The translations under genes were made by a program, and so were the position numbers. Below the pieces are notes generated by a model. The model did not search any database. It worked only from the letters and a program-made list of their open reading frames with translations, and was not told the origin of the DNA. Shown one piece after another: positions 1 through 8,381 of a stretch of DNA of 64,000 bases. Every line of letters starts with the position of its first letter. Position 1 is the stretch's first letter. Source of the DNA: Planctomycetota bacterium (lineage in GTDB: Bacteria; Planctomycetota; B15-G4); assembly GCA_965248575.1 (NCBI GenBank), contig CBDFJQ010000002.1, positions 3,648,001 to 3,712,000 of the forward strand. Direction: 5' to 3'.

Positions 1-1166
1 CGGGACGCAAGGAAGTCCGCCATGCGCCCCAGGCCCTCGGCCAGGACCTCATCGGCAGCAGCGATGGAGAGCCGGATGCAGCGGTCCTCTCCGAAGGCGG
101 CGCCGGGCACGGCGGCGAAGCGCTTGTGCTCGAGCAGGGCCGCGCAGAGGGCGACGCTGCCGTCGATGTCGCCCGTGTAGTAAGCGTCCACTCGGGGGAA
201 GACGTAGAACGCTCCGGCCGGTGCTTCCAGGACCACATCGGGCATGGACGCGATGGCGTCCAGGGCGAGGGTGCGGCGGCGCGCGAAGGCGGCCTTCATC
301 ATCTGGGCGTGGCCGTCGCCCCCTTGCAGCGCGGCCAAGGCAGCGTGCTGGCTGGGGGTGGCGGCGTTGCTGGTGAGGTGGCTCTTCAAGCTGCCGCAAG
401 CCGCCGCGACCTGGGGAGGCGCGCCCAGGAAGCCGATGCGCCAGCCCGTCATGCTGTGGGACTTGGAGACCCCGTTCACCACCACCGTGCGTTCGGCCAT
501 GCCCGGCAGCGAGCCGGGGGAGCTGAACTCGCCCTCGTAGACAAAGGGCGAGTAGATCTCGTCCGAGATGAGCAGCAGGTCGTGGTCGCGGCAGACGCCG
601 GCGATGCCTTCCAGCTCGTCCCGGGAATAGACCAGGCCCGTGGGGTTGCTGGGGCTGTTCACCAGCAGGGCCCGGGTGCGCGGGGTGATGGCGGCGGCGA
701 GCACGTCCAGGTCCCAGCGGAAGCCGCGCTCGGGGTTGCCCGGCACGGGGACCGGCACCGCGTCCACGGCCTGGCACATGGGGGCGTAGCTGAGCCAGCC
801 CGGGGCGGGCATGAGCACCTCGTCGCCGGGGTCGCAGGCGGTGGAGATGGCGAGGGCCAGGGCTTCCTTGGCGCCGCTGGTGACGACCACCTGCTGCGGG
901 CTGAAGCTTGTGCCCGAGACTTGGTTCAGGTGCTCGGCGGCGGCCGCACGCAGCTCGGGGATGCCGGAGGCCGGGGTGTAGCCCACTTGGCCCTTGGCGA
1001 TGAACGCTTGGGCGGCCTCGAGGGCTTCGGGCGGGCTGGGGAAGTCCGGCTGGCCTGCGCCGAGGCTGATGACGTCCTCGCCGGCTTTCCTTAGTTCGCC
1101 GACCCGGGCGTTCAGCTCGAAGACGACGGAGGGCGGGATGGAGGCTGAGCGGGCCGAGATCTGCAT
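1..1166 (-). CDS. PLP-dependent class I/II aminotransferase (aspartate aminotransferase-like), 3' end runs off window
   Basis: Hand translation from ATG 1166: MQISARSASIPPSVVFELNARV...ISLGAGQPDF...GYTPASGIPELR...TSGAKEAL...NSPSNPTG...ISDEIY...GVSKSHSMTGWRIG (PLP-lysine motif)...GAFYVFP...CIRLS. No stop inside the window, so absent from the ORF track. Confidence 0.93.
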   Translation of the reverse strand, partial: MQISARSASIPPSVVFELNARVGELRKAGEDVISLGAGQPDFPSPPEALEAAQAFIAKGQVGYTPASGIPELRAAAAEHLNQVSGTSFSPQQVVVTSGAKEALALAISTACDPGDEVLMPAPGWLSYAPMCQAVDAVPVPVPGNPERGFRWDLDVLAAAITPRTRALLVNSPSNPTGLVYSRDELEGIAGVCRDHDLLLISDEIYSPFVYEGEFSSPGSLPGMAERTVVVNGVSKSHSMTGWRIGFLGAPPQVAAACGSLKSHLTSNAATPSQHAALAALQGGDGHAQMMKAAFARRRTLALDAIASMPDVVLEAPAGAFYVFPRVDAYYTGDIDGSVALCAALLEHKRFAAVPGAAFGEDRCIRLSIAAADEVLAEGLGRMADFLAS

Positions 1167-1330
1167 GGCGCGAAGATACTCTGGCGGGCCGCCCTGGGTG
1201 AATCTCAATCCTGCCTGCCAGGGCCAGTGAGGCTTGGGCCTTGCGAAGGGGTGGGAACGTTCGGACCCTCTGGGGTCGTCCAAGCCTCAACCCCTCCTCC
1301 GCACCCGCACCGGACCCGAGAACCTCAACG

Positions 1331-3415
1331 ATGGCACGCAAGGATCGCAAGCGTCGGCGCAGTCGCGGCGGATCTCGAGGGAAGCTCAAGGGGCTCGGGG
1401 GTCGTCTGGCCTTGATCGCCGGCCTGCTGCTGGCGATCGGCTACTTCGTGTTCACGAAGACCTTCTTTGACCCCTTCGAGAGCCCGCAACCGGCCTACCA
1501 GCTGCTCGCCCCGCGCAACGTCGACCTCTTCATGCGGCGCGAGGCCTTGGCCTCAGATCTGGTGGAGATCGACGGCTTCCCCGTGCCGCGCGTCTTCGAT
1601 CGCGTGCGGCGCACGGCGGAGTGGAAGGACTTCTCCGAGAGTTCGTTGTGGAGCGAGTTGGCGTGGCCGGGAGAGCTCGAACAGATCGTAGACGACGTGG
1701 CGCCGCAGCTGCGCGACCTGCCCTTCGACCCCGTGGCGGATGTGCTGGGCCAAGAGGTGGTGCTGCTCGGGCGTGGGCTCAAGGATGCAGGTAGCTGGGC
1801 GCTCCTGGGGCGACTGACCAACAAGGCGAAGCTTGCGGTGGAGCTGTTCGGCTTCGAGAGCGCGCTGGAGAGCGCCATGCCTGGCGCCACCCGCGAACGG
1901 GTGGTGGACTCGGACTACCCGGGCGTGGGCTACGAGCGTTTGACGTTGCCCGAGGCATCCTTGGGCGCAGGTGGCGACACCTACTACTACGCCCGGGAGA
2001 CGGACCTGCTCGTGGTGGCCAACGAGGAGTCCTTGATCCGGGACGTGCTGCATCTGGTGCACGGCAGCTCGGAGCATCCGGTCGGGCTTTCGCGCAACTT
2101 CGGCGACCACATGCCGAAGGGGCCCAACAACCCGACCAAGCGCTTCAGCGCGGGCTTCACCATGACGGCGGGCACCTTGCTCGATGCCTGGGGCTTGCAG
2201 CCGGAGACGGAGACGCCCAAGGAGGACGCCCTCGCGAACATCCTGCTGGGCCTGATCAACACGGAGCTGCTCGGCGATGTGGTGGGCCGGGTCGAGCTGG
2301 GCCCGGGCGAGCTGGGCCTTCGTATGCACGGCGAAATCGACGTGGGGCGTGCCTCCAACGACACGGGCGGCCTGCTCGGTCAGCGGGCGTTTCCCGTGCG
2401 CCAGCGCCTGGAAGAGGTGCTCGGCCTGATGCCCGTGGATGTGGCGGCGGTGGTGACCATGGAGGTGGCCCTGGGCCGTTTCCTGACCACGGTCAGCTCG
2501 GGTTTCTCGCCCGATGTGCTGAAGCTGGTGAACACGAGCCTGCGGGAAGTGGCGAGCCTCACGGTGGGTTGGCAGGTGGACACGGTGCCCGAGTTGATCG
2601 CCGAGTTGTCCCGCGCCCTGGGCAATCGCATCACCATGGTGGTGCGTCCCCTGGACCACGAGGTGCCCGAGGGCAGCCAACCCCTGCCGGCCATGGCGTT
2701 CCTTTTGCCCTTGGACGACCCGCAGGCGTGGTCGGCGTTGGAAGACGCCTTCTTGCGTGCGCACGACCTCTTCGGTGTGTCGGCCGACCGCATGAAGCAG
2801 GTTTCGGAAGGTGTCGGTGACCGCAAATGGTTGGGCTTCGTGAACCAGTCCATCGAAGAGCTGGCCTACATCGTGTTGGACCGGGAGACCTTGGCCATCG
2901 CCACCGACAACGACCTGCTGCGGGAGATCGTGCAGGCCTATGTGGGCACGCGGAAGTCGCTGGCTGGGACACCGGAAGTCGCTGGCCTGTTGCGGCAGTT
3001 CGAGGACTCGGGAGTCGATACCGCGCAGGCGAATGCGGCGGCCTGGGTGTCGAGCGACAACCTGATGAAGGTGCTGGAACCCTATGGCGCCTACATCGCC
3101 GACATGGACAGCATCATCGACTTCGGTGCGGAGCGTGTCCGGCAGCGGAGGCAGATGATCAACCGGGATTACCGCCAGTACCAAGGGCAGGACAGCTTGC
3201 CCGAGGACGTGGAAGAGGAGCTGAACGAGAAGCTCGATGCCTTGCTGCAGGCCCAGGAATCCAAGCGCCAAGACGAGCTGATTCCGGTCGAAGCCCAGAA
3301 GTGGTTGGAGGGCTTCGCCTGGCTCCCATTGGTGAAGCAGGGGGCCCTGGCCCTCCGTTTGGGGGACCGCTCCACGGACCTGGAGCTGCACCTCGAGAGC
3401 GTCGGCGGCCGCTGA
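1331..3415 (+). CDS. Hypothetical membrane-anchored protein (basic N-terminus, one TM helix, large extracytoplasmic domain)
   Basis: ORF 1241..3415; start moved to ATG 1331 (MARKDRKRRR... then LALIAGLLLAIGYFVF). Protein-like composition; no catalytic motif recognised. Confidence 0.8.
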   Translation: MARKDRKRRRSRGGSRGKLKGLGGRLALIAGLLLAIGYFVFTKTFFDPFESPQPAYQLLAPRNVDLFMRREALASDLVEIDGFPVPRVFDRVRRTAEWKDFSESSLWSELAWPGELEQIVDDVAPQLRDLPFDPVADVLGQEVVLLGRGLKDAGSWALLGRLTNKAKLAVELFGFESALESAMPGATRERVVDSDYPGVGYERLTLPEASLGAGGDTYYYARETDLLVVANEESLIRDVLHLVHGSSEHPVGLSRNFGDHMPKGPNNPTKRFSAGFTMTAGTLLDAWGLQPETETPKEDALANILLGLINTELLGDVVGRVELGPGELGLRMHGEIDVGRASNDTGGLLGQRAFPVRQRLEEVLGLMPVDVAAVVTMEVALGRFLTTVSSGFSPDVLKLVNTSLREVASLTVGWQVDTVPELIAELSRALGNRITMVVRPLDHEVPEGSQPLPAMAFLLPLDDPQAWSALEDAFLRAHDLFGVSADRMKQVSEGVGDRKWLGFVNQSIEELAYIVLDRETLAIATDNDLLREIVQAYVGTRKSLAGTPEVAGLLRQFEDSGVDTAQANAAAWVSSDNLMKVLEPYGAYIADMDSIIDFGAERVRQRRQMINRDYRQYQGQDSLPEDVEEELNEKLDALLQAQESKRQDELIPVEAQKWLEGFAWLPLVKQGALALRLGDRSTDLELHLESVGGR

Positions 3416-3475
3416 AGAAAAAGCCGGGGGTTGACCGCGGGGGGGCACTTCAGCTGGAATCTGCGCTCCGCCGGT

Positions 3476-3564
3476 GCCCAGATGGTGGAATTGGTAGACA
3501 CGCTAGGTTGAGGGCCTAGTCCGGGTTAAACCGGGTGCAGGTTCGAGCCCTGTTCTGGGCACCA
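3476..3564 (+). tRNA. tRNA-Leu (anticodon GAG)
   Basis: Acceptor stem GCCCAGA/TCTGGGC plus ACCA; D-arm TGGTGGAATTGGTAGACAC; anticodon arm CTAGG-TTGAGGG-CCTAG; long variable arm; GGTTCGAGCCC T-arm. Confidence 0.96.
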
Positions 3565-3626
3565 TTTTCCACCGATCTTCCCTCAACGTGGCCGCTCGCG
3601 GTCATCGGGCGTGTCGCCCCGCCAGT

Positions 3627-3683
3627 GCTGTCCATGGCTGTCCATGGCTGTCCATGGCTGTCCATGGCTGTCCAAGGCTGTCC
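3627..3683. repeat. Tandem 10-bp repeat (GCTGTCCATG x4, one variant unit, one partial unit)
   Basis: Directly visible: gctgtccatg four times, then gctgtccaag and gctgtcc; no spacers. Confidence 0.95.
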
Positions 3684-3769
3684 CGCGCAGGCACTTGCCG
3701 CGCCGGTTGACGCCCCCGCACGAGTCCCGTGCGCTCCCTGTGTCGGTTTCGAGACGCGGTCCATAGCGC

Positions 3770-3801
3770 TTGACGATCTACGCTTAGTCGAGTAAGTGTA
3801 G
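3770..3801 (+). promoter_or_regulatory. Putative -35 box (TTGACG) with overlapping imperfect palindrome, candidate operator of the BlaI-family repressor
   Basis: TTGACG 3770-3775; CTACGCTTAGTC|GAGTAAGTGTAG 3778-3801 (10 of 12 positions pair), about 65 bp upstream of the repressor ATG. Confidence 0.6.
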
Positions 3802-3865
3802 TGTCCTCAGTTGAGCGATTGCCCTGTGCGTTCGCTCCCATGCGCCCTGTCCGGAGCCTGCTCCC

Positions 3866-4318
3866 ATGTCCCAGAGCAACAACATCCCCGACCCCACGGA
3901 GCGCGAGCTCGCCATCCTGAAGGTGTTGTGGTCGGAGGGGGAGGCCAGCGTGCGCCGGGTGTATGAGGTGCTGCGGGAAGAGCTGCCCATCGTGCAGAAC
4001 ACCGTGCAGGCCTTCCTGCGGACCATGGAACAGAAGCGGCTGGTGACGCACCGCGTGGACGGGCGCAGCTTTCTCTATCGTCCTGCGTCCCAGCGGGCGC
4101 CCACGAGCCAGCGCCTGGTGTCGGGCTTGCTGGACCGGGTGTTCGACGGTGCCGTGGACGAGCTGGTGGAGAGCGCGCTCTCGGTCAAGGCGCCCACGGC
4201 CGGCGAGCTGCAGCGCCTCAAGGAGCTTGTGGCACGGATGGAGGGCCGGGCCGAGCCTCCCGAAGACGGCGCTGACACCTCGCCCACGAAGGCCCCGCGC
4301 AAGGGGGCAGGCTCATGA
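3866..4318 (+). CDS. BlaI/MecI/CopY family transcriptional repressor
   Basis: PTERELAILKVLW...ASVRRVYEVL...NTVQAFLRTMEQKRLV...GRSFLY...LLDRVFDG; ATGA overlap with the downstream M56 gene. Confidence 0.92.
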   Translation: MSQSNNIPDPTERELAILKVLWSEGEASVRRVYEVLREELPIVQNTVQAFLRTMEQKRLVTHRVDGRSFLYRPASQRAPTSQRLVSGLLDRVFDGAVDELVESALSVKAPTAGELQRLKELVARMEGRAEPPEDGADTSPTKAPRKGAGS

Positions 4319-6858
4319 ACAACCCCGGCCTCTTTCTCGTGGAGTTGTTCGCGGAGCACGGGCTCGGCCTCTTGTTCGGCAGCACGGCACTCCTGGGCCT
4401 CGGCGCCCTGGCCATGTCCATGCACCAACGGCCGATCCACATTCAGCGCGTGGGCGAGCTGACCCTGCTCGGCGTCATGGTCTGGCTGACCTTGGCCGTC
4501 GTGCCGATGCCGCGCTTCGACTGGTCGTTCACGCCCTTCGAGTCCAACCGCCTGGCCGGTCGGGCAGCAGGAGATCTCTCGGAGTCGGCGCCGGTTTCGC
4601 CCGCCTTGCGCCGTGCCTTGAGTGGGGCCGACGGTCGCCAAGCTGTCGAGCAGCCGCCGCAGGGGTTCAACACGGCGCTCTGGGAGGCTGTCTTCCGCTC
4701 GGATGCCGACGCGGGCACCGACGCGGGCACCGGTGCAGGCACCGGTGCAGGCAACGGTACAGGCAACGGTGTGCGAAAGAGCGCGACGACCGGTCGCGAC
4801 GCGCGTCTCCCTGCAAGGGTCGACGATGCTCGCGAAGCTGTCGCGAAGCCCCGCGCTGCGGCTCTGTTGCCTTCAACTCGCGACCCCGGCGCCACGCCTG
4901 CGTCCATGAGCTGGGTGCAGGGCGTCGGAGCCCAGGAGTCGAACGAGCCCATGCCTGTTGAGGAGGCCGCGCTTGACGAGCTCGGGCTCGATGCCGCCAT
5001 GCACTCGCCTGCAAAGCAAGGTGTGTCGCCCTGGATTCAGGGTGTCGCTTGGGTGCTCTTGGGCGGTTCGGCCACGGCGGCCCTCTACCTGCTGTTGGGT
5101 TTCCTTCGTCTGCGGCGCATCCTGGCGGACGCCACGCCGGCTCCGACCTGGGTGACGCGCCTGTTCCAGCAGGACGCTGGCCTGCCGTCGAGCCGCAAGC
5201 ACAGGCTCCCGCGAGTGGTGGTCAGCACCCAACGCTGCGGGCCCTTCTGCTTCGGCGCCATCCGCCCCACCATCGTGTTGCCCGCCCCGCTCGTCGCCCA
5301 GCGCTCCACGGCCCTGCGTCACGTCTTGCTGCACGAGTTGGCCCACGCCCGACAGGGCGACGGTCGAGGCCAGCTGCTGGTGGCCTTGGCGCTGCCCGTG
5401 CTCTGGATGCACCCGCTGTACTGGTGGATCCGCAAGCGGGTTCGTTTCGCTGCCGAGTTGGTCGCCGACGACCAGGCGGCCGGCGTCGTGCCGCGCGAGC
5501 ACTACGCACGCGAACTCATCGGGCTGGCCGAGACCGGCTGGCCCACCGTGCCGTCGCCCATCGCGGCGCCCACGATCCTTCGCTCACCATCCGAGTTTTC
5601 CAGGAGAATCGAGATGTTGCTTCAACGTTCGGGACGCTTGTCCACCCAGTGCTCCAAGGTGCGCCGCAGCGTGCAGACGGCTGCATCCCTTGGCCTTGTC
5701 GTGTTGGCCACGGGCTTCTTCGGTGCGCCGCCGGCTGAGGGCAAGGCGACGCCCGCTGCCACCCTCGCCAGCCCGGTGCAGGATGCCGGTGAATACGAGC
5801 GGCTCATGGCAGAGAAGGATGCCCTCATGGCGCAGATGCAGGAGATGCGCGCCATGATGGAAGAGATGCGCGCGCAGATGCAGGATCAGCGGGACGCCCA
5901 GAAGGACGCAGAGTTCGCCGAGTTCCGTTCGGCGCAAAGCTCTGCCAAGGCGGCGCTCGAGATCGCTGCCGTGCAGCGCGCCCAAGCGGCGGCGGCCACG
6001 GAGCAGGCGGTCTTGGCGGCGCGCAGCAACGCCCAGTCGCACGAAGCGGCGCTCCGGTTCCTGGAGCGCGGCGGGGCGCAACGAGACGATCGGCGGGTGG
6101 AGGCCGAAGAGGTGCGCCGGGCGCTGGAGCAGCACGTGGATCGCCAGGTGGCGGAAGTCCATGCCCAGAACAAGCAGCTCTCCAAGCTCCGGGAGCAGGG
6201 TGTTTCGGTCCGGGGGCAGTTGGGGCGCTTGCTCCAGGATTCCCAAGCCGTCAACGATGCTCAGGTGGAGGCCTACGCCGAAGCTCGCGGGGATCATCTG
6301 GAGTGGGCTGAGGTGGCGCGCATCGCCCAGGAGGCCGCGGCAGCCGGTGAGATCGAGGACGCCGTGCGCCTGTATCAGGAGCTGGCCGCGACCGAGGGAC
6401 TCTACGTCGCTGGAGGCGCCAATACGGGGGGCTCCATGAGCTGGGCGGACGTGGCCCGTGAGGCGCAGGGGCGTGCCCACTCAGGCGGTGGCAGCGTCTC
6501 GGTGGGTGGTGGCTCGGGTGGCGCTGGCCAGGCCGATCTGCTGCAGATGATGAACGCCGCCATCGAGATGGATGGTGAGCTACGCCTCGCGGAGCTGAAG
6601 CTGCACAACCTCATGGAGCTGGCGGACGATGGCGCGATCTCCATGATCGACGTGGAGGAGCAGCAGGTGCGTTTGCACACCTTGAAGCGCAAGCACGCCA
6701 TGCTCGAGAACATGCTGAAGGCTGAGATGCATGCCACCGAGATGGAGTTGGCCGAGGCCCATGAAGCCCTGGAGCAGTCCGGCGGCGTGGGACGCTCCCA
6801 GCTCGTGCGATTGCAGTCACGGCTCGAGATGCTGGTCGAGGCACTCAGCGGCGGCTAG
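4315..6858 (+). CDS. BlaR1/MecR1-like M56 membrane metallopeptidase with coiled-coil C-terminal region
   Basis: TM segments, PFCFGAIRPTIVLP, zinc motif HELAH, WMHPLYWW, ELVADD; then TM and a long A/E/Q/M-rich helical tail. Confidence 0.88.
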   Translation: MNNPGLFLVELFAEHGLGLLFGSTALLGLGALAMSMHQRPIHIQRVGELTLLGVMVWLTLAVVPMPRFDWSFTPFESNRLAGRAAGDLSESAPVSPALRRALSGADGRQAVEQPPQGFNTALWEAVFRSDADAGTDAGTGAGTGAGNGTGNGVRKSATTGRDARLPARVDDAREAVAKPRAAALLPSTRDPGATPASMSWVQGVGAQESNEPMPVEEAALDELGLDAAMHSPAKQGVSPWIQGVAWVLLGGSATAALYLLLGFLRLRRILADATPAPTWVTRLFQQDAGLPSSRKHRLPRVVVSTQRCGPFCFGAIRPTIVLPAPLVAQRSTALRHVLLHELAHARQGDGRGQLLVALALPVLWMHPLYWWIRKRVRFAAELVADDQAAGVVPREHYARELIGLAETGWPTVPSPIAAPTILRSPSEFSRRIEMLLQRSGRLSTQCSKVRRSVQTAASLGLVVLATGFFGAPPAEGKATPAATLASPVQDAGEYERLMAEKDALMAQMQEMRAMMEEMRAQMQDQRDAQKDAEFAEFRSAQSSAKAALEIAAVQRAQAAAATEQAVLAARSNAQSHEAALRFLERGGAQRDDRRVEAEEVRRALEQHVDRQVAEVHAQNKQLSKLREQGVSVRGQLGRLLQDSQAVNDAQVEAYAEARGDHLEWAEVARIAQEAAAAGEIEDAVRLYQELAATEGLYVAGGANTGGSMSWADVAREAQGRAHSGGGSVSVGGGSGGAGQADLLQMMNAAIEMDGELRLAELKLHNLMELADDGAISMIDVEEQQVRLHTLKRKHAMLENMLKAEMHATEMELAEAHEALEQSGGVGRSQLVRLQSRLEMLVEALSGG
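4708..4770. repeat. Degenerate 12-bp in-frame tandem repeat (DAGT/GAGT/GAGN units) in the M56 linker
   Basis: gacgcgggcacc x2, ggtgcaggcacc, ggtgcaggcaac, ggtacaggcaac. Confidence 0.8.
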
Positions 6859-6961
6859 CAGCCCGTGAACTGCTGCGCAGGCTTCCAGCTGAAGAGAAGC
6901 GGGTGTCCAGGCCGATGGTGGTCCTGGCCCCGCTTCCTCTTTTGAGGCCTATACTCTTCGC

Positions 6962-8308
6962 ATGATCGGCCCGGCATTCTTGACGCTTTGGATGGCACTC
7001 AGCCTGCTCCCTTGGATGGGCGGGGTTCCTGAGGCCGTGGTGGAAGCGGGTGCGCGCGGCCAGCCCAACGTGCTGGTGTTGCTGCTGGACGACCTGGGCG
7101 TGGACAAGATCGCGGCCTATGGCGAGCACCCTGGGGCGGGCCCGACGCCCGTGATGGATCTCATCGCCGGGCACTCCGCGCTCTTCCGCAACGCGTGGGC
7201 CACGCCTGTGTGCTCTCCGGCGCGAGCCACGCTGCTCACGGGGCGGCAACCGTTCCGGCACGGCGTGGGCAACTCCATCGACCCTGACGACACGCCCCTG
7301 GCCGACAGTGAGCTGACCCTCGCAGAACAGCTGGCGGGGCAGGGCTACCGCACGGCGGCCATCGGCAAGTGGCACCTGGCGGCGGACAACCAGCCGGACC
7401 CCTGGCGGCATGCCATCACCTGGGGCGGCTTCGAACGCCACCTCGGCAGCTTCAAGAACATTGGCGACTACTCCAGCTGGCTGCGCAACGACGCCGATGC
7501 CCAGGGCGCCGTGCAGGCGGTGACCCAGGAGTACGCCACCTCCCAAGCGGTGGACGACGCGCTGGAAGTGATCGACGGTTTTGGCAGCGACCCGTGGTTT
7601 GTGTGGGTGGCCTTCCAGGCGGTGCACAAACCCGTGCATACGCCGCCCGCTTCATTGCACACCCAAGGCAATCCCCAGGGCCCGGTGGCCAAGTACCGCG
7701 CCATGGTGGAGGCCATGGACACGGAGATCGGCCGGCTGCTCACGAGCCTTCGCCCCGGAAGTCTCGCCAACACCTACATCGTTGTGCTGGGTGACAACGG
7801 CACCTATGACGACGCCATCACCCCGCCCTTCGGCGTGGGCGGCGGCAGCAAAGGCACCGTGAAGGAGGAGGGGATCAACGTGCCCTTCTTCGTGTACGGC
7901 CCCGACGTGGCCGCGGGCGAGCGGGCGGCCCTCGTGAGCATCGTGGACGTCTTCCCCACCGTGATCGACCTGGTGGGCGGGCGGCAACCCGCGGTGCAGC
8001 TGGACGGCCGGAGCCTGGCGCGTGTCTTGCGCACACCTACCCAGGCGAGTTTGCACGAGGCCCTGTACACCGAGCGTTTTCAGCCCAATGGAATCGGCGG
8101 CAGCAAGACCCTGCGCCTGCGCGCTGCAAGGGATGCCCGCTACAAGGTGACCTTGGAGCAGTACCCGAACATGCCGCTGCTGCGCAGCTTCTACGACCTG
8201 CAGCTCGACCCCTTCGAAGAACAGAGCCTGCTGCCCGTGCCCAACCTCACGCCCGAGCAGAAGGAATCCTACGACGCCCTGATCGCCGTCATCAGCAGCA
8301 TGCAGTGA
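6962..8308 (+). CDS. Secreted formylglycine-dependent (Cys-type) sulfatase
   Basis: Signal peptide; PNVLVLLLDDLG; CSPARATLLTG; GKWHL; GDNG; EEGINVP. Confidence 0.93.
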   Translation: MIGPAFLTLWMALSLLPWMGGVPEAVVEAGARGQPNVLVLLLDDLGVDKIAAYGEHPGAGPTPVMDLIAGHSALFRNAWATPVCSPARATLLTGRQPFRHGVGNSIDPDDTPLADSELTLAEQLAGQGYRTAAIGKWHLAADNQPDPWRHAITWGGFERHLGSFKNIGDYSSWLRNDADAQGAVQAVTQEYATSQAVDDALEVIDGFGSDPWFVWVAFQAVHKPVHTPPASLHTQGNPQGPVAKYRAMVEAMDTEIGRLLTSLRPGSLANTYIVVLGDNGTYDDAITPPFGVGGGSKGTVKEEGINVPFFVYGPDVAAGERAALVSIVDVFPTVIDLVGGRQPAVQLDGRSLARVLRTPTQASLHEALYTERFQPNGIGGSKTLRLRAARDARYKVTLEQYPNMPLLRSFYDLQLDPFEEQSLLPVPNLTPEQKESYDALIAVISSMQ

Positions 8309-8381
8309 GCGGCTGCTCGCGCCGGGCGGCCTTTTGCGTAAACCGCCTTTGACCCGCCGCTCCGGACTCGTGGACCTCTAG

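Noticed and set aside
49..1389. 446-aa minus-strand ORF and 322-aa plus-strand ORF
   Set aside because: Arg/Pro-rich shadow frames of the aminotransferase, which is in another minus-strand frame.
1553..3448. 631-aa antisense ORF
   Set aside because: Mirror of 1331..3415; stop-free antisense frames are expected at this GC content.
3627..3683. Possible CRISPR array
   Set aside because: Units are 10 bp, contiguous and without spacers; no cas genes in the window.
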